Both the position numbers and the translations under genes were made by a program. From positions 32,001 through 96,000 of the forward strand of contig JAXGPA010000005.1 in assembly GCA_040767195.1 (NCBI GenBank): a stretch of DNA of 64,000 nt, read 5' to 3'. Under the pieces are notes generated by a model. It made no database searches. It saw nothing but the letters and a program-made list of their open reading frames with translations, and had not been told where the DNA came from. Position 1 is the first letter of the stretch; each line of letters begins with the position of its first letter. The DNA comes from Syntrophales bacterium (GTDB lineage: Bacteria > Desulfobacterota > Syntrophia > Syntrophales > UBA6807). Below are positions 44,089 to 54,386 of this stretch, in pieces.

Positions 44089-46884
44089 TCACCGCTCGTG
44101 GAGGATGAGGCCCGGCGGGAGGGACTCGCCGAACTGGACCGTTTCCTCCTCCTCGCCCACGGGGACGACTTCCTCGAGAAGGCGGACGTGGGTTTCCGAA
44201 ACGGACGCCTGTTTCAGCCGGTCGATGAGGGTCCGGCGCACCCTGTCATCCACGTCGCGCTTCCGGTCTCCCGTCAGGCGGGCCACTCGGGCCAGGGTTG
44301 ACCCCGCCGCCTGCGCGTTCGGCCAGGGCCGGGTGAGAAGGGTCTCGATCCACCGGGCCGCTTCGTCCGCCGGGACGACAAGATCCACGGGCCCGTACAG
44401 GGGCTCCCGGGCGCCGATCCGTCCCAGGGCCCACCAGTACGGGGTTTTCCCTTTGTGGGAAAGCAGCTCGTCCAGGAGAATCTTTCCCCACCTTGTCTTT
44501 TCCCGGACGGGAAGGCGTTCCAGGTTGGCCGCGGCCATCCACATTTCCACGTGTTCCTGGGGGGCGACCTTGCCTCCCTTTTTCTTCCGGCCCGGGTCCA
44601 GGGTGCCGGCGAGGCGCACCATGAGCTGACGCTGCTGGACCTCGTTCAACCCCCCGGCCACGCGGCGCCAGAAAATCCACCATTCCGAGCGGACCTGGAT
44701 CTTGCGGTCGTGAACGGGGCCCTCGTTGAAAAATTTCCAGACCCGCTCCATGCGATGGTCGTCCATGGGGAAGCCGAATCCTGGCCTGAGACAGAAACCC
44801 AGGAGGTTCATCCAGCGGACCTCGTGTTCCGCGGTGCGGTGCCGGGCGTCGGCCCGCTCGACAAGGCGGTCCGCCATGGCCCTCAGGAGGCTCGGGGGCC
44901 ACCGATCCCGGGGAATGTCCAGGGTTTCCCGGAGGGCCCCGGCCAGGGCCTCCGGTTTCACGGAAGAGGACGGGTCGGCGAAAACCGTGTCGAGAAGACC
45001 GAGAACCCGGCCTTCCATGGCCCTGTCCAGGATTTCCGTTTCCGGGGCGAGGGTCTCCGTTCCCTGTTCCCTGAGTTGAAACTGAAGACGCCAGCGGTGG
45101 TCGCTTTTCAGGGAGCGGCACCAGATCTCCAGGGTTCCCAGCTCGGTGTAAAGGGCCTCGATCTCGACGGGGACGGTGATTTCCCCGGCCTTCTTCCCGA
45201 ATTTGACGACCGTCTGAAGGGGCGGCATGAGGGTGATCGAGTCGTCCACGGCGATGAGATCGCCCACCCGGTCCCCGGAGCGGAAGCTCGAGCTGTAGAG
45301 GTCGAACCGGACGGGCCGGTTGACCCGCACTTCGAATCGGAAGCCCTCCAGTGTCGACCGGGTTCCTTCCTCCATGTTCCGCTCCACCAGGCACAGGGCT
45401 GAATCCCCCGGCCCGGCGTCCCCTGTTCCCCCGGCTCCGTGGCTCACGCCGAGATAATAGGCCCGGGCGCTTCCGCTCCCGACCCGGACCCCGAGTCCTT
45501 CCCGGACCCGCCCGTAGTAGGCGGCTCCCCGGGCGACGGCGAGCTCGAGATCCCCGCTGTCCAGTTCTTTCGGTGACCCGTTTCCCCGGCGGTGGAAATA
45601 TCGGGACAGGGCCTCCAGGATCCTTTCTCTCAGGATCGGCGGCTTCAGGGTCCCGCCGTTGAACAGGACACGGTCCGGGCAGACGTCTTCCCGCCCCAGG
45701 TGACGGAGAACATCGGCCCGGTGCCTTTCCAGGAACTGGACGAGGTGGGCCGTTATGGCGGGGTTTCGCGCGTAGGGGAGGCCGAATTCGGTGATTCCCC
45801 GGCGCGTTTCCACGGCCGGCGGCGACTCGGGATCGATGAGGGGGAAAAACCCCTGAAGAAGGATTTCCTCGATTTCCCGCTTTCCGACCGTCGTCGTCAC
45901 CGTTCCCCCGACCAGGCGCCGTCCGCCTCCCACGAGGGTGATGGTTTCCTCTTCCGCCGTTCCGCCGAGAATCTTTTCCTTGGCCTCCCGGCACTGGTGG
46001 CACAGGGCCTGCCAGCGCTGGAGACTGAGGGACGTTTCCCGGCCCGTGGCCAGTTTCGACTCGGCCAGGCGGGCCAGGGCCAGGTCCATGTTGTCCCCCC
46101 CTAAAATCAGGTGGTCCCCCACGGCGATACGTTCGAAAACGGCTGTGCCTTTCTTTTCCTGGAGCGTCACCAGGGTGAAATCGGTGGTGCCTCCGCCGAC
46201 GTCGCAGATGAGGATCAGCTCCCCCGGGACGACCCGGCTTTCCCAGTCCCTTTCGTGGTCCATGAGCCAGCTGTAAAAGGCGGCAAGAGGCTCCTCCAGG
46301 AGAATGACATGGGGCAGGCCCGCCAGGGCGGCCCCTTCCATGGTCAGGTCCCGGGCCACCTCGTCGAAGGACGCCGGCACGGTGAGGACGATCCGGTGGT
46401 CTTCCAGGGGAACGCCGTCCTTTTCGAGGGCCAGGTGGTTCCACGATAACCGGATGTGCCCCAGGACGGCCGCCACCGCCTCCACCGGGGACACCCGGTC
46501 CACGTCCTCCCCGGCGCCCCAGGGAAGGATGGCCGCCCGCCGGTCCGCCCGGGCCTGGCACAGCCAGCTCTTGGCGGAGGAAACGAGCCTTCCCGGGACG
46601 GCGGCTCCCTGGTTCCGGGCGAAGGCCCCCACGAAACCCCCGGTGCCGGGGGACCAGGAAAGGACGTAGGACTCCCGGCGGATCTCGTGTTCGCCGGGGA
46701 TGTAGAGAAACGAGGGGAGCATGGGAAGGGACGAAACCTCCCCGGGGCCGGTGAGCTGGGGGATCGGGAAAATCGCGATGCCTCCCCCCGGGCGGTCGCT
46801 CCCGGGCAGGTCGGCCCACGAAACGGCGGAGTTGGTCGTTCCCAGGTCGATCCCGACTATTTTTCCTCTGACCGTCCTACCCAT
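44089..46884 (-). CDS. Atypical Hsp70 (DnaK-related) with helical C-terminal extension (DUF3731-like)
   Basis: GIDLGTTN, TVPASFD, LEEPLAA, DVGGGTTD, LGGDNMD, AVARGAA; C-terminal W-rich WMNLLGFCLRPGFG and WWALGRIGAR. Confidence 0.9.
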   Translation of the reverse strand: MGRTVRGKIVGIDLGTTNSAVSWADLPGSDRPGGGIAIFPIPQLTGPGEVSSLPMLPSFLYIPGEHEIRRESYVLSWSPGTGGFVGAFARNQGAAVPGRLVSSAKSWLCQARADRRAAILPWGAGEDVDRVSPVEAVAAVLGHIRLSWNHLALEKDGVPLEDHRIVLTVPASFDEVARDLTMEGAALAGLPHVILLEEPLAAFYSWLMDHERDWESRVVPGELILICDVGGGTTDFTLVTLQEKKGTAVFERIAVGDHLILGGDNMDLALARLAESKLATGRETSLSLQRWQALCHQCREAKEKILGGTAEEETITLVGGGRRLVGGTVTTTVGKREIEEILLQGFFPLIDPESPPAVETRRGITEFGLPYARNPAITAHLVQFLERHRADVLRHLGREDVCPDRVLFNGGTLKPPILRERILEALSRYFHRRGNGSPKELDSGDLELAVARGAAYYGRVREGLGVRVGSGSARAYYLGVSHGAGGTGDAGPGDSALCLVERNMEEGTRSTLEGFRFEVRVNRPVRFDLYSSSFRSGDRVGDLIAVDDSITLMPPLQTVVKFGKKAGEITVPVEIEALYTELGTLEIWCRSLKSDHRWRLQFQLREQGTETLAPETEILDRAMEGRVLGLLDTVFADPSSSVKPEALAGALRETLDIPRDRWPPSLLRAMADRLVERADARHRTAEHEVRWMNLLGFCLRPGFGFPMDDHRMERVWKFFNEGPVHDRKIQVRSEWWIFWRRVAGGLNEVQQRQLMVRLAGTLDPGRKKKGGKVAPQEHVEMWMAAANLERLPVREKTRWGKILLDELLSHKGKTPYWWALGRIGAREPLYGPVDLVVPADEAARWIETLLTRPWPNAQAAGSTLARVARLTGDRKRDVDDRVRRTLIDRLKQASVSETHVRLLEEVVPVGEEEETVQFGESLPPGLILHER

Positions 46885-48691
46885 CGCTTTCCTGTTCCCG
46901 GACGCTGAACTCGAGCCGGTATTTCCGGCCGTCTTCCCGGGAGACGCACCACAGCTCGAGGGTGCCGATTTCCGTAACCCTGACCTGGAGGGTCACGGGG
47001 ATGACGGCCCCGGCCTCCCCTTCCAGGCGGGTTTCCACGGTCGTTATTTCCTCGATTTCCCCCTCCCAGTCCTCGACGACCGTTCCCGGGCGGTCTTCGT
47101 GGCGGTCGAGCGATCCGAGAAAATCGAAGGTCACCGGTTCCCCCACGATGAGGCCGAATTCCTGGCCGGGAATGTCCGCTTCCGTCCCTTCCTCCATTCC
47201 GAGCGGGGCCACGCAAAGGGCCTTCATGGGCCTTGGCATGCCCGGCACGGCGGGCATGGCCGTTTCGACGCCCAGGTAATAGCTTCGGGACAGGCCGCTC
47301 CGGATGCGGATGCCTTTTCCCCGCCGCACCAGGCCGTAATAGGCCGCCCCCCGGGCCACGGAAAGATCGAAGTCCCGGCCGGGTATTTCCCGGACCGGCC
47401 CGCTTCCGCTCTCTTCGGCCCACGCGGAGAGGATGGCGAGGACCCGGGACCTCAGGACGGCGGACTTCATGACGCCGCCGTTGAAGAGGACCGCTGTCGG
47501 GAAGAGAGGGTCGCCGCTGCCGGAACGGCACTGCCGGCTGATGAAACGGGCCATGTGTCTCGTCACGGCGGGGTCGGCCGTGTACGAGAGGCCGAGTTCC
47601 CGCATTCCCGCGGATTTTTCCCGCCGGATGTCCTCGTCCCTCCCGCAGGGCGGGAAAAACCCCTCCACCAGGGTTTCTTCCACGTCCCGCTTTTCCAGGG
47701 CCGTCCGGATGGTTCCCCCGATGACGCTGCTCCCCCTTCCCAGGACGGTGACCGGGAAGGACTCGGCGCTCTCGTTCGAGAGGAGATGTTCCTTGGCGAC
47801 CCGGCAGCCGTGGCTCAGCCCTCTCACCTGGTAGGCGTTCAGCTTCTGTCCCCGGGCCTTCATCCGGCTCGCCACCCCGTAAGCCAGGGTCAGGTCCATG
47901 TTGTCCCCCCCCAGGAGGACGTGCTCTCCCACGGCGATTCGCTCCAGCTGAAGCCCGCCCTCTTTTTCCGAAACCTCTATGAGGCTGAAATCGGTGGTGC
48001 CGCCGCCGATGTCCACGACGAGGACGAGATCTCCCACCCGGACCGTTTCCCGCCAGGTTTCCCCGCCCGATTCGATCCACGCGTAAAAGGCGGCCTGGGG
48101 TTCCTCCAGGAGGACCGCCGAGCCGAGGCCGGCCATCACGGCCGCCTGGACGGTGAGGTCGCGGGCCACCGCGTCGAAGGAGGCGGGGACGGTGAGATAG
48201 ATTTCCTGGTTCTCCAGCTTCAGGGAATCGTCACCGCCTGCCATCCCGTGGTTCCAGGTGTCCCGGATGTGACGCAGGATCAGGGACGAGGCTTCCACGG
48301 GGGATATTTTCGTCCCGTCTTCCGGGGCTTCCCAGGGAAGAACGGCCCTGTTCCGGTCCACGTGGGGGTTGCAGAGCCAGGACTTGGAAGACGACACGAG
48401 ACGGTGGGGGATTTCCGCCCCCCGGTCCCTGGCGAAAGTCCCCACGGCCCATTTTTTTTCGCCGGTCCAGGGAACGGCGAGGGCTTCCGGGGAAACGTCG
48501 TGGGGGCCCGGAAGGAGGACGAACGACGGAAGGGACGGCTTTTCCAGGACCGACCCCGGCTCGACGAGCTGGGGAACGGGAAATACCCGGATCCCCCGGT
48601 TCGCCCGTTCTTCGGCGTTCGTTTCCGTCCAGGCGACCACGGTGTTCGTCGTTCCCAGGTCGATGCCGACAATATATCGCGGATTCAACAC
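46877..48691 (-). CDS. Atypical Hsp70 (DnaK-related)
   Basis: Same ATPase motifs; short beta-rich C-domain ending EIGTLELWC...RLEFSVR; GTG start after GAGGT. Confidence 0.9.
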   Translation of the reverse strand: MLNPRYIVGIDLGTTNTVVAWTETNAEERANRGIRVFPVPQLVEPGSVLEKPSLPSFVLLPGPHDVSPEALAVPWTGEKKWAVGTFARDRGAEIPHRLVSSSKSWLCNPHVDRNRAVLPWEAPEDGTKISPVEASSLILRHIRDTWNHGMAGGDDSLKLENQEIYLTVPASFDAVARDLTVQAAVMAGLGSAVLLEEPQAAFYAWIESGGETWRETVRVGDLVLVVDIGGGTTDFSLIEVSEKEGGLQLERIAVGEHVLLGGDNMDLTLAYGVASRMKARGQKLNAYQVRGLSHGCRVAKEHLLSNESAESFPVTVLGRGSSVIGGTIRTALEKRDVEETLVEGFFPPCGRDEDIRREKSAGMRELGLSYTADPAVTRHMARFISRQCRSGSGDPLFPTAVLFNGGVMKSAVLRSRVLAILSAWAEESGSGPVREIPGRDFDLSVARGAAYYGLVRRGKGIRIRSGLSRSYYLGVETAMPAVPGMPRPMKALCVAPLGMEEGTEADIPGQEFGLIVGEPVTFDFLGSLDRHEDRPGTVVEDWEGEIEEITTVETRLEGEAGAVIPVTLQVRVTEIGTLELWCVSREDGRKYRLEFSVREQESDG

Positions 48692-48772
48692 GGTGCACAC
48701 CTCACAGGCAGCGCTCCAGGACTCGCCGCCCGTCACGGGGGGGACGGGACGCGGAGCGGGCTGCCGCTATTA

Positions 48773-49534
48773 TCAGGGGATCTCGACTTCCGCCGGCGCG
48801 ATGATGTCGGGGTTTCTGTCCCCCGTGACGGCGGGCAGCGCCAGGCGGTCGACACGCCACCCCCGGTGCTGAAGAATGCCCCGGAAGGGGGGCTTGCCCG
48901 ACACGTTTCCCGTGAGCTTCACGGCGTCCGGGTCGAACCCCTCCGGTATGGTCACTTCCTCCCCTTCGGAACCGTCCATGACCGCTTTCAGGGACAGGTG
49001 GTCGTGAAGGACCTTGCGGCACCGACGGTGGATGTCCCGGACCGCCGCCCCGACCTGGCCGTCGTCGTAGCCTTCCAGGTCTTCCTCGAGGAAGTCGGCC
49101 AGGCGGCCTTCCCGCTGGAGGAGGCTGAAAAGATGGAGGGATTTGATCCGGCCCTCCCGTTCTTTCCGTTTGTCCCGCTCGTCGGTCGTATCCGCGGGGA
49201 CCGCCGCCTCGGGCGCGCTTTCCTTCTCGTCCGATGGTTCGCCGCCGGCAAGGACCCGCCGGACCGACGCTCTCTGGAAGATCCAAAGAAGAACCCCTCC
49301 GAGAAACACGGCCAGGACGAGAACCGCCTGGAGGAAGAAATCACGGAACCCTTCCGGGGCCCAGGAGATTCCCGTCATTTCGAGCGCCCCGGACCGGGCG
49401 AGCATATCGTAAACCGCCGAGGCCGCCGGTGCCGGGTCCCACGTGGGGATTTTCAGGATCAGCGTCGAGAGGAGAACGCTCCACAGAAATATCCAGAAAA
49501 GCAATTTCCGGGAGATTTTTTTATCCCTTTTCAT
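48773..49534 (-). CDS. DUF2760-family membrane-anchored protein
   Basis: Two N-terminal hydrophobic helices; LLQREGRLADFLEED, QVGAAVRDIH, GNVSGKPPFRGILQHRGW, IIAPAEVE. Confidence 0.85.
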   Translation of the reverse strand: MKRDKKISRKLLFWIFLWSVLLSTLILKIPTWDPAPAASAVYDMLARSGALEMTGISWAPEGFRDFFLQAVLVLAVFLGGVLLWIFQRASVRRVLAGGEPSDEKESAPEAAVPADTTDERDKRKEREGRIKSLHLFSLLQREGRLADFLEEDLEGYDDGQVGAAVRDIHRRCRKVLHDHLSLKAVMDGSEGEEVTIPEGFDPDAVKLTGNVSGKPPFRGILQHRGWRVDRLALPAVTGDRNPDIIAPAEVEIP

Positions 49535-49799
49535 GTTCTTTTCTCCTGCTTCTCTTTTCGAATATCCGGGGGGCTTTCAGGCCGGCTTTTTGCAGCCCTT
49601 CCCGGGACCGGCCGCCCTCCCGTCCCCGGTTTTGCCCGGGGGGCTCTTGTATAACAGGCCGAAGTTCATTTCAATAAAAAGGTTTATTTCCGCCCGTTGC
49701 CGGGTTTCCGGAAATGAAGACAGGCCCGGGGAAAACGGTATGTTCTCTCCCCGGGCCTGCTTTTTATGATAGAAGGCTTGTCCTGAAACGGGTAACGGG

Positions 49800-50906
49800 T
49801 CACTCCATCCTGACCCCGTAGACATCGAACCGCATGCTGATGTGGCCGTGCCAGCTGTCCGGGTAAAACCGGACGTACCGGGCCGGGAAAGGGTCGGTGA
49901 GGTCATGGCGGACCGTCGTGTTCCGGTCCCGGTTCCCGTCAAACATGACGTCCCTGCCATCCTGCCGGTAAAAGGACCAGTTTCGCCCGTCCAGGCTGTA
50001 CCCGATCCGGTAGGCCGTGACCCACTGGTCCCAGCTGTGCCGTCCCTGGGTGGCCACGGCCTTGACCTTGACGATCGATCCGAGGTCCACCTGGATCCAC
50101 TGATCCTTGTTGTTTGCGGCGGCGGACCAGTTTGCCTCCTTCGACGTATCGTTCAGCCGGGCATTCTGAGGCCTGTAGCCCACATGGTTGTTCGCCCAGA
50201 CGGAAGACGCGCTGAAGGCCCCGGGCGGCAGCCCGGCGACGAGGGGCTCCACTGGCAGGAGGTTCTCCCGGTTCTGGGAGACGGATAGGATTTCGATGGG
50301 GTAGATGGTGCCGGTAAACCGGACGCAGTAGGTGTCCGTGTCGGGGATGAAACCGGACTCGGTATACTGGACGTTGTGGACAAGGGGGAGAAGGTGTTTC
50401 CACGGAAGGCCTTCCAGGTTCCGGTCGTAGTTCACCAGGGCCTTTACGAGCGTCTCTTCTTTCGCGTAAGTCATCATCTCGCTTACGGACATCTTTTTTT
50501 CCGAGGTGCAGTGCTTGCGGCCGATCTTCAGGGGCTTGAACTTTTCCCGGTCCTCCTCGGTGACATAGGCTTCGATCTGGACGCAGACGTCGCCGAAATT
50601 CCTCCCGTTGGAATAAAGGGGATCGCCCTTCACTCTCACGAGCCCCGCCGAGCTGGCCTGGATCCGGTCTTCCGAAAGGGTGAAGTTCTCGACTTTCGTA
50701 TAGGAGCTGATGAGTTCTCCGAAAAGTTCTCCCACGGCCATCCGCTGGGCCCCGGCGAGAAGCTCCCGTTTCAGATTGTCGGGGGTTGACGGGTAGCCGA
50801 TGGCCGTCATGCAGAAATTTTTCTTAACCACGTCGTCGGCCCCGGCGGGAACGGGAACGAATAATGACAGGATCAGCGCTAAAACGAGAAGAAATGCTTT
50901 TCTCAC
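49800..50906 (-). CDS. Secreted protein: FlgT-N/LPP20-like modules plus discoidin (F5/8 type C) domain
   Basis: Signal peptide; FSASS, QWIQVDLG, VATQGR, WVTAY, ARYVRFYP, ISMRFDVYG. Confidence 0.85.
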   Translation of the reverse strand: MRKAFLLVLALILSLFVPVPAGADDVVKKNFCMTAIGYPSTPDNLKRELLAGAQRMAVGELFGELISSYTKVENFTLSEDRIQASSAGLVRVKGDPLYSNGRNFGDVCVQIEAYVTEEDREKFKPLKIGRKHCTSEKKMSVSEMMTYAKEETLVKALVNYDRNLEGLPWKHLLPLVHNVQYTESGFIPDTDTYCVRFTGTIYPIEILSVSQNRENLLPVEPLVAGLPPGAFSASSVWANNHVGYRPQNARLNDTSKEANWSAAANNKDQWIQVDLGSIVKVKAVATQGRHSWDQWVTAYRIGYSLDGRNWSFYRQDGRDVMFDGNRDRNTTVRHDLTDPFPARYVRFYPDSWHGHISMRFDVYGVRME

Positions 50907-51088
50907 GGGTTCATCCTCCTTTTTGTTTTTCCAGGGGCAGGACGTAAAAATAGTTTTTTCAGGTTCACCTTAGAATGATCATTTTTCTGTGTCAAGGCGG
51001 CTGTCATTTTTTGCCGCCGTCCCGATTGCGGGGTGGCGTTTCCCGGGCCGGTACACGGAAAGCTCGGAGTTCTTCAGGGCCCTTTGCG

Positions 51089-51835
51089 CTATGGCCGCTC
51101 CATCATCCAAAGGATCCGCTGACAGGTGGCCGGCATATCCCCGGGCTTCACCTCCATGGTGATGGTCGACCGGTAGTTCCGGTCCTTCAGGAGGGTCAGG
51201 ATCCGCGGATAATCGACGACGCCGTCGCCCAGGGGCAGGTGGAGGTCGTCTTTGACGGACGTTCCGCCCAGGTTGTCGTGAACGTGAACGTGGGCGATCC
51301 TGTCGAAGCCGTGTTCGATGAAACCGAAGGACGTGTTTTCCCGGGAAAGAAGCTCCCCATGGCCGATATCGAGGGTCATTCTCAGGTCCGGGATGGCTTC
51401 GAACAGGGGTGCGAAGCTGTCGTACCGCTCGCTCAGGTTCTCCAGGCACAGGGTGATCCCGGCGTCCGCCGCCCGGGACACCATCTCGTGAAGCAGGCCT
51501 GTTTTCGCCTTCGCCGTACCCGGGTCCATCCAGCGGCGGTCCATCCAGAAATGAAGGGTTCCCTTGCCGATGCCAAGCCGGCGGGACAGTTCCAGGAGGC
51601 GGGCCATCCGGGGCAGAAAGCGCTCCTTCAGGACAACGGGGTCGGTGGGGTCGTCTTCGTTGGGGTAATGGGCAAGATAGTCTATGCCCGCCTCGTCCCG
51701 GATTTCCAGGAGTTCCTCCATTTGCCGCTCCACTTCGGACGGATGATCCAGGGAAATTTCAGCGAAGGGATATCCCAGCGCGATGACTTCTCGAAGCTCC
51801 GACAGGGTGTGGGCGCGGCCGCCGATGGTCCACAT
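51089..51835 (-). CDS. Xylose isomerase-like TIM-barrel protein (sugar phosphate isomerase/epimerase family)
   Basis: LCLENL, TLDIGH, HVHVHDN, DLHLPLGDG, ITMEV. Confidence 0.85.
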   Translation of the reverse strand: MWTIGGRAHTLSELREVIALGYPFAEISLDHPSEVERQMEELLEIRDEAGIDYLAHYPNEDDPTDPVVLKERFLPRMARLLELSRRLGIGKGTLHFWMDRRWMDPGTAKAKTGLLHEMVSRAADAGITLCLENLSERYDSFAPLFEAIPDLRMTLDIGHGELLSRENTSFGFIEHGFDRIAHVHVHDNLGGTSVKDDLHLPLGDGVVDYPRILTLLKDRNYRSTITMEVKPGDMPATCQRILWMMERP

Positions 51836-51848
51836 GGGCTTTTCTCCT

Positions 51849-54386
51849 TCAAGGATTTTCGGGAAGAAGGGGTTCGATGAGCCTGACGGGCAGCTTGAGC
51901 GTCCTTTCCAGGATGCCCAGGAGACCGGCCCCCACCGCCGAGGGCTCCAGGGGGATCACGGAAGGGTTTTTCAGGTTTCCCGTGACCCGGACGGGGATGG
52001 CGACGAGGTTCCCGCCGAGAATGTCCCGGATGACGGGAATATGCTTCACAACGAAGTCGGCCGTCTTAAGGGGGGCCACGGCGACGGTGACGTCCATCGT
52101 TTCCGACGGGAGGTCGATCTTTCCGGTGAAGGCGATCTCGACGGAAGCGCCGTCGATGACGCCTTCCTCGATGAGACAGATGCCGTTTTCGAAGACGGCC
52201 CTGACAAGGGCGCTGTCGTAGGCGAATCCCTCCGCGACGATGTCGGGAAGTTTGCCCCGGAGGATTTCCGTGACGTTGACCACCGCCAGGATCCTGGCGA
52301 GGAGGTTCATCCGGTAAATCCGGCCCTTTTCCGCCGTTCCCCGGGCCGTTCCGGAGAGGGAGGCAAGAAGGTCCCTGCCCCGTCCAGTCATCCGGATGTC
52401 GCCGTCCCCGCTCAGGGTTCCCGAGGCGAGCCGGGAATCACCGAAAAGGCAGGAAAGGGTTTCTTCCAGGGGCTGCCCGGCGGCGCTCGGCCTCATGTGA
52501 AGGGAAAAGCCGTCCGGCCCGTAAAGGAGCGTCCCCGGGGTGGAGATCCCGCAGAGCCGGCTTTTGCGCACGGTCGTGGACACCTGTCTCCCCGCGATCG
52601 CGACATCCGCCTCGAAAGGCCGCCAGGCCAGGGACCCGTAGCGGAGCGTTTTCAGGGAAACGGAAACGGTTCCCCTTATGGGGGGCTGCCGCAAGGCGTT
52701 TCCTTTCACCGGGACGCCTTCATTTTTTCCATCCAGGCCCGGCAGTTCCTCCCACCGGATCTCGTCGCCTTCGATCTCCAGGTCGAGGTCGACCCCTTCT
52801 TCTCCCGTTCCGACGCTCCCCTTAAGAACCAGGGGCTTCCCGTCCAGTTCGAGAACCGCCTGTACAAGGTGGAGTCCGTCCCTGTCGAAGGCGAGGGGCG
52901 CCGAGAGGACGTGGAGGGTCGAACCTTCGGCAAGGGGAACGGTCAGGCCTTCGATGACCGCTTTCCCCTCCAGGGAGGAACGCCACCAGGCCCGGGGTAC
53001 CACGGTGCCGCGGATGCGACCGTCGAGCGTTCCGCCGAGCCACGGGGGGGTGACGAAGACGCGGCTCAGGGTCGCCGCCGCGAGTCGTCCCCGGTAGGAA
53101 AAAACGGATTTTCCCTTTTCCATCGCCATGTCCAGAAAGGCCCGGCGCGGCCCGTCGTGGATCTCCAGTTTTTCGATGCGGAAGCCTTCCGGGGGAAAGG
53201 CCATGACGAGGTCGAATCGGGGTCCTTTCTCGATGGCCACCCCTTCCAGGGAGAGACCGCGGGAAGCGTCGTCCCAGCGGACCCTCCCGTCGGACACGGT
53301 GAGGGGATGCCGGAAGCCGGCGCCTTCCGGGAGACCGGCCAGCCGGGAGAGCCAAAGGGCTTCATCCTTCCCTATGGAGCCCTTTATTTTCGTGTCGAGC
53401 ACCATTCTCCCGGAGAAGAGACCCTTGAGAGAGCCGTCGAGAGCGAACCGGCTGCCTCCCAGGGCGGCCTGGGAACCGTGGAGGGAGATTTCCCCCTCTT
53501 TCAGCGCCGCCCGCCCCCCGGACAGCCGGACCTCCCCGGGAAGGTCTTCCCAGGAAAAGGAGGCCCTGTCCAGGGTTCCCGAGGCCCTGCACCGCCAGTC
53601 TCCAGGGTCCTGGAGGGGCCCGTCCCAGGAGACGGTCATGTCTTCGAACACAGCCTTCCCGTCATGGAAACCTTCCTGCCCGTTCCCGTCGTCCTTTCCC
53701 CGGGGTGTGTCCCCGAAGGCTCCCTCGACCAGGCCCGCCTTCACCGTTCCCGAGATGCGGTTGGAGGAGGGTAGCGCCTCGACGCCGCCGGGAGGCGGGT
53801 TACCGGGAAGGGTCAACGCGAGGTCCGCGGTGACCGCCGCGGCTGTCACGGTGACCGGGCCGCTGATCTCGAATCGCCCCCCTCGAATGGTGATTTGCCC
53901 GGGGAGGGTTTTCCCGGGAATCGTCGTCCCGTCCTTCAGAAAAGAGAGGGGGGAAAAGGGGTCTTCCTTTCCCCCGGGGGAACCCCGGCCGGCAAGGGTG
54001 ACCCGAACATCGGGGTCTTCCAGGACAAGCGCCGCGATTTCGACCCGGCCGGCGAGAAGAGAGCGCCCTTTCAGGGTTGCGGCAAGCCGCCTGGCCTTCC
54101 CCTGGTAATTTTCCGGTGAGGCCACCTCGAGATTGTGAAACGCCAAGGCGGGCGCCGGAAAAAAAGAGAGCGCGATCCTTTCGCAGGTGACTGTTCCACC
54201 GATTTGCCGGGACAGTCCGTCAAGGATTCGGTTTTTGACGGGTTCCATGTTGGCGAGCCGGGGCGTCAGGAAGAGAAGGATGCCCAGGAGGGCCAGGAGA
54301 ACCCCTAGAACCGCGGCCAGACGAACCGTCAGGTTTCTTCCGTAGGTTCCCGTTCCCGCGGACTTTTCTCGCGTTTTTCCGGTCAT
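51849..54386 (-). CDS. AsmA-like envelope lipid-bridge protein
   Basis: N-terminal TM anchor, long amphipathic beta-rich body, C-terminal AsmA_2-like GKIDL...VAPLKT...IPV...VTGNLKNPSV. Confidence 0.8.
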   Translation of the reverse strand: MTGKTREKSAGTGTYGRNLTVRLAAVLGVLLALLGILLFLTPRLANMEPVKNRILDGLSRQIGGTVTCERIALSFFPAPALAFHNLEVASPENYQGKARRLAATLKGRSLLAGRVEIAALVLEDPDVRVTLAGRGSPGGKEDPFSPLSFLKDGTTIPGKTLPGQITIRGGRFEISGPVTVTAAAVTADLALTLPGNPPPGGVEALPSSNRISGTVKAGLVEGAFGDTPRGKDDGNGQEGFHDGKAVFEDMTVSWDGPLQDPGDWRCRASGTLDRASFSWEDLPGEVRLSGGRAALKEGEISLHGSQAALGGSRFALDGSLKGLFSGRMVLDTKIKGSIGKDEALWLSRLAGLPEGAGFRHPLTVSDGRVRWDDASRGLSLEGVAIEKGPRFDLVMAFPPEGFRIEKLEIHDGPRRAFLDMAMEKGKSVFSYRGRLAAATLSRVFVTPPWLGGTLDGRIRGTVVPRAWWRSSLEGKAVIEGLTVPLAEGSTLHVLSAPLAFDRDGLHLVQAVLELDGKPLVLKGSVGTGEEGVDLDLEIEGDEIRWEELPGLDGKNEGVPVKGNALRQPPIRGTVSVSLKTLRYGSLAWRPFEADVAIAGRQVSTTVRKSRLCGISTPGTLLYGPDGFSLHMRPSAAGQPLEETLSCLFGDSRLASGTLSGDGDIRMTGRGRDLLASLSGTARGTAEKGRIYRMNLLARILAVVNVTEILRGKLPDIVAEGFAYDSALVRAVFENGICLIEEGVIDGASVEIAFTGKIDLPSETMDVTVAVAPLKTADFVVKHIPVIRDILGGNLVAIPVRVTGNLKNPSVIPLEPSAVGAGLLGILERTLKLPVRLIEPLLPENP

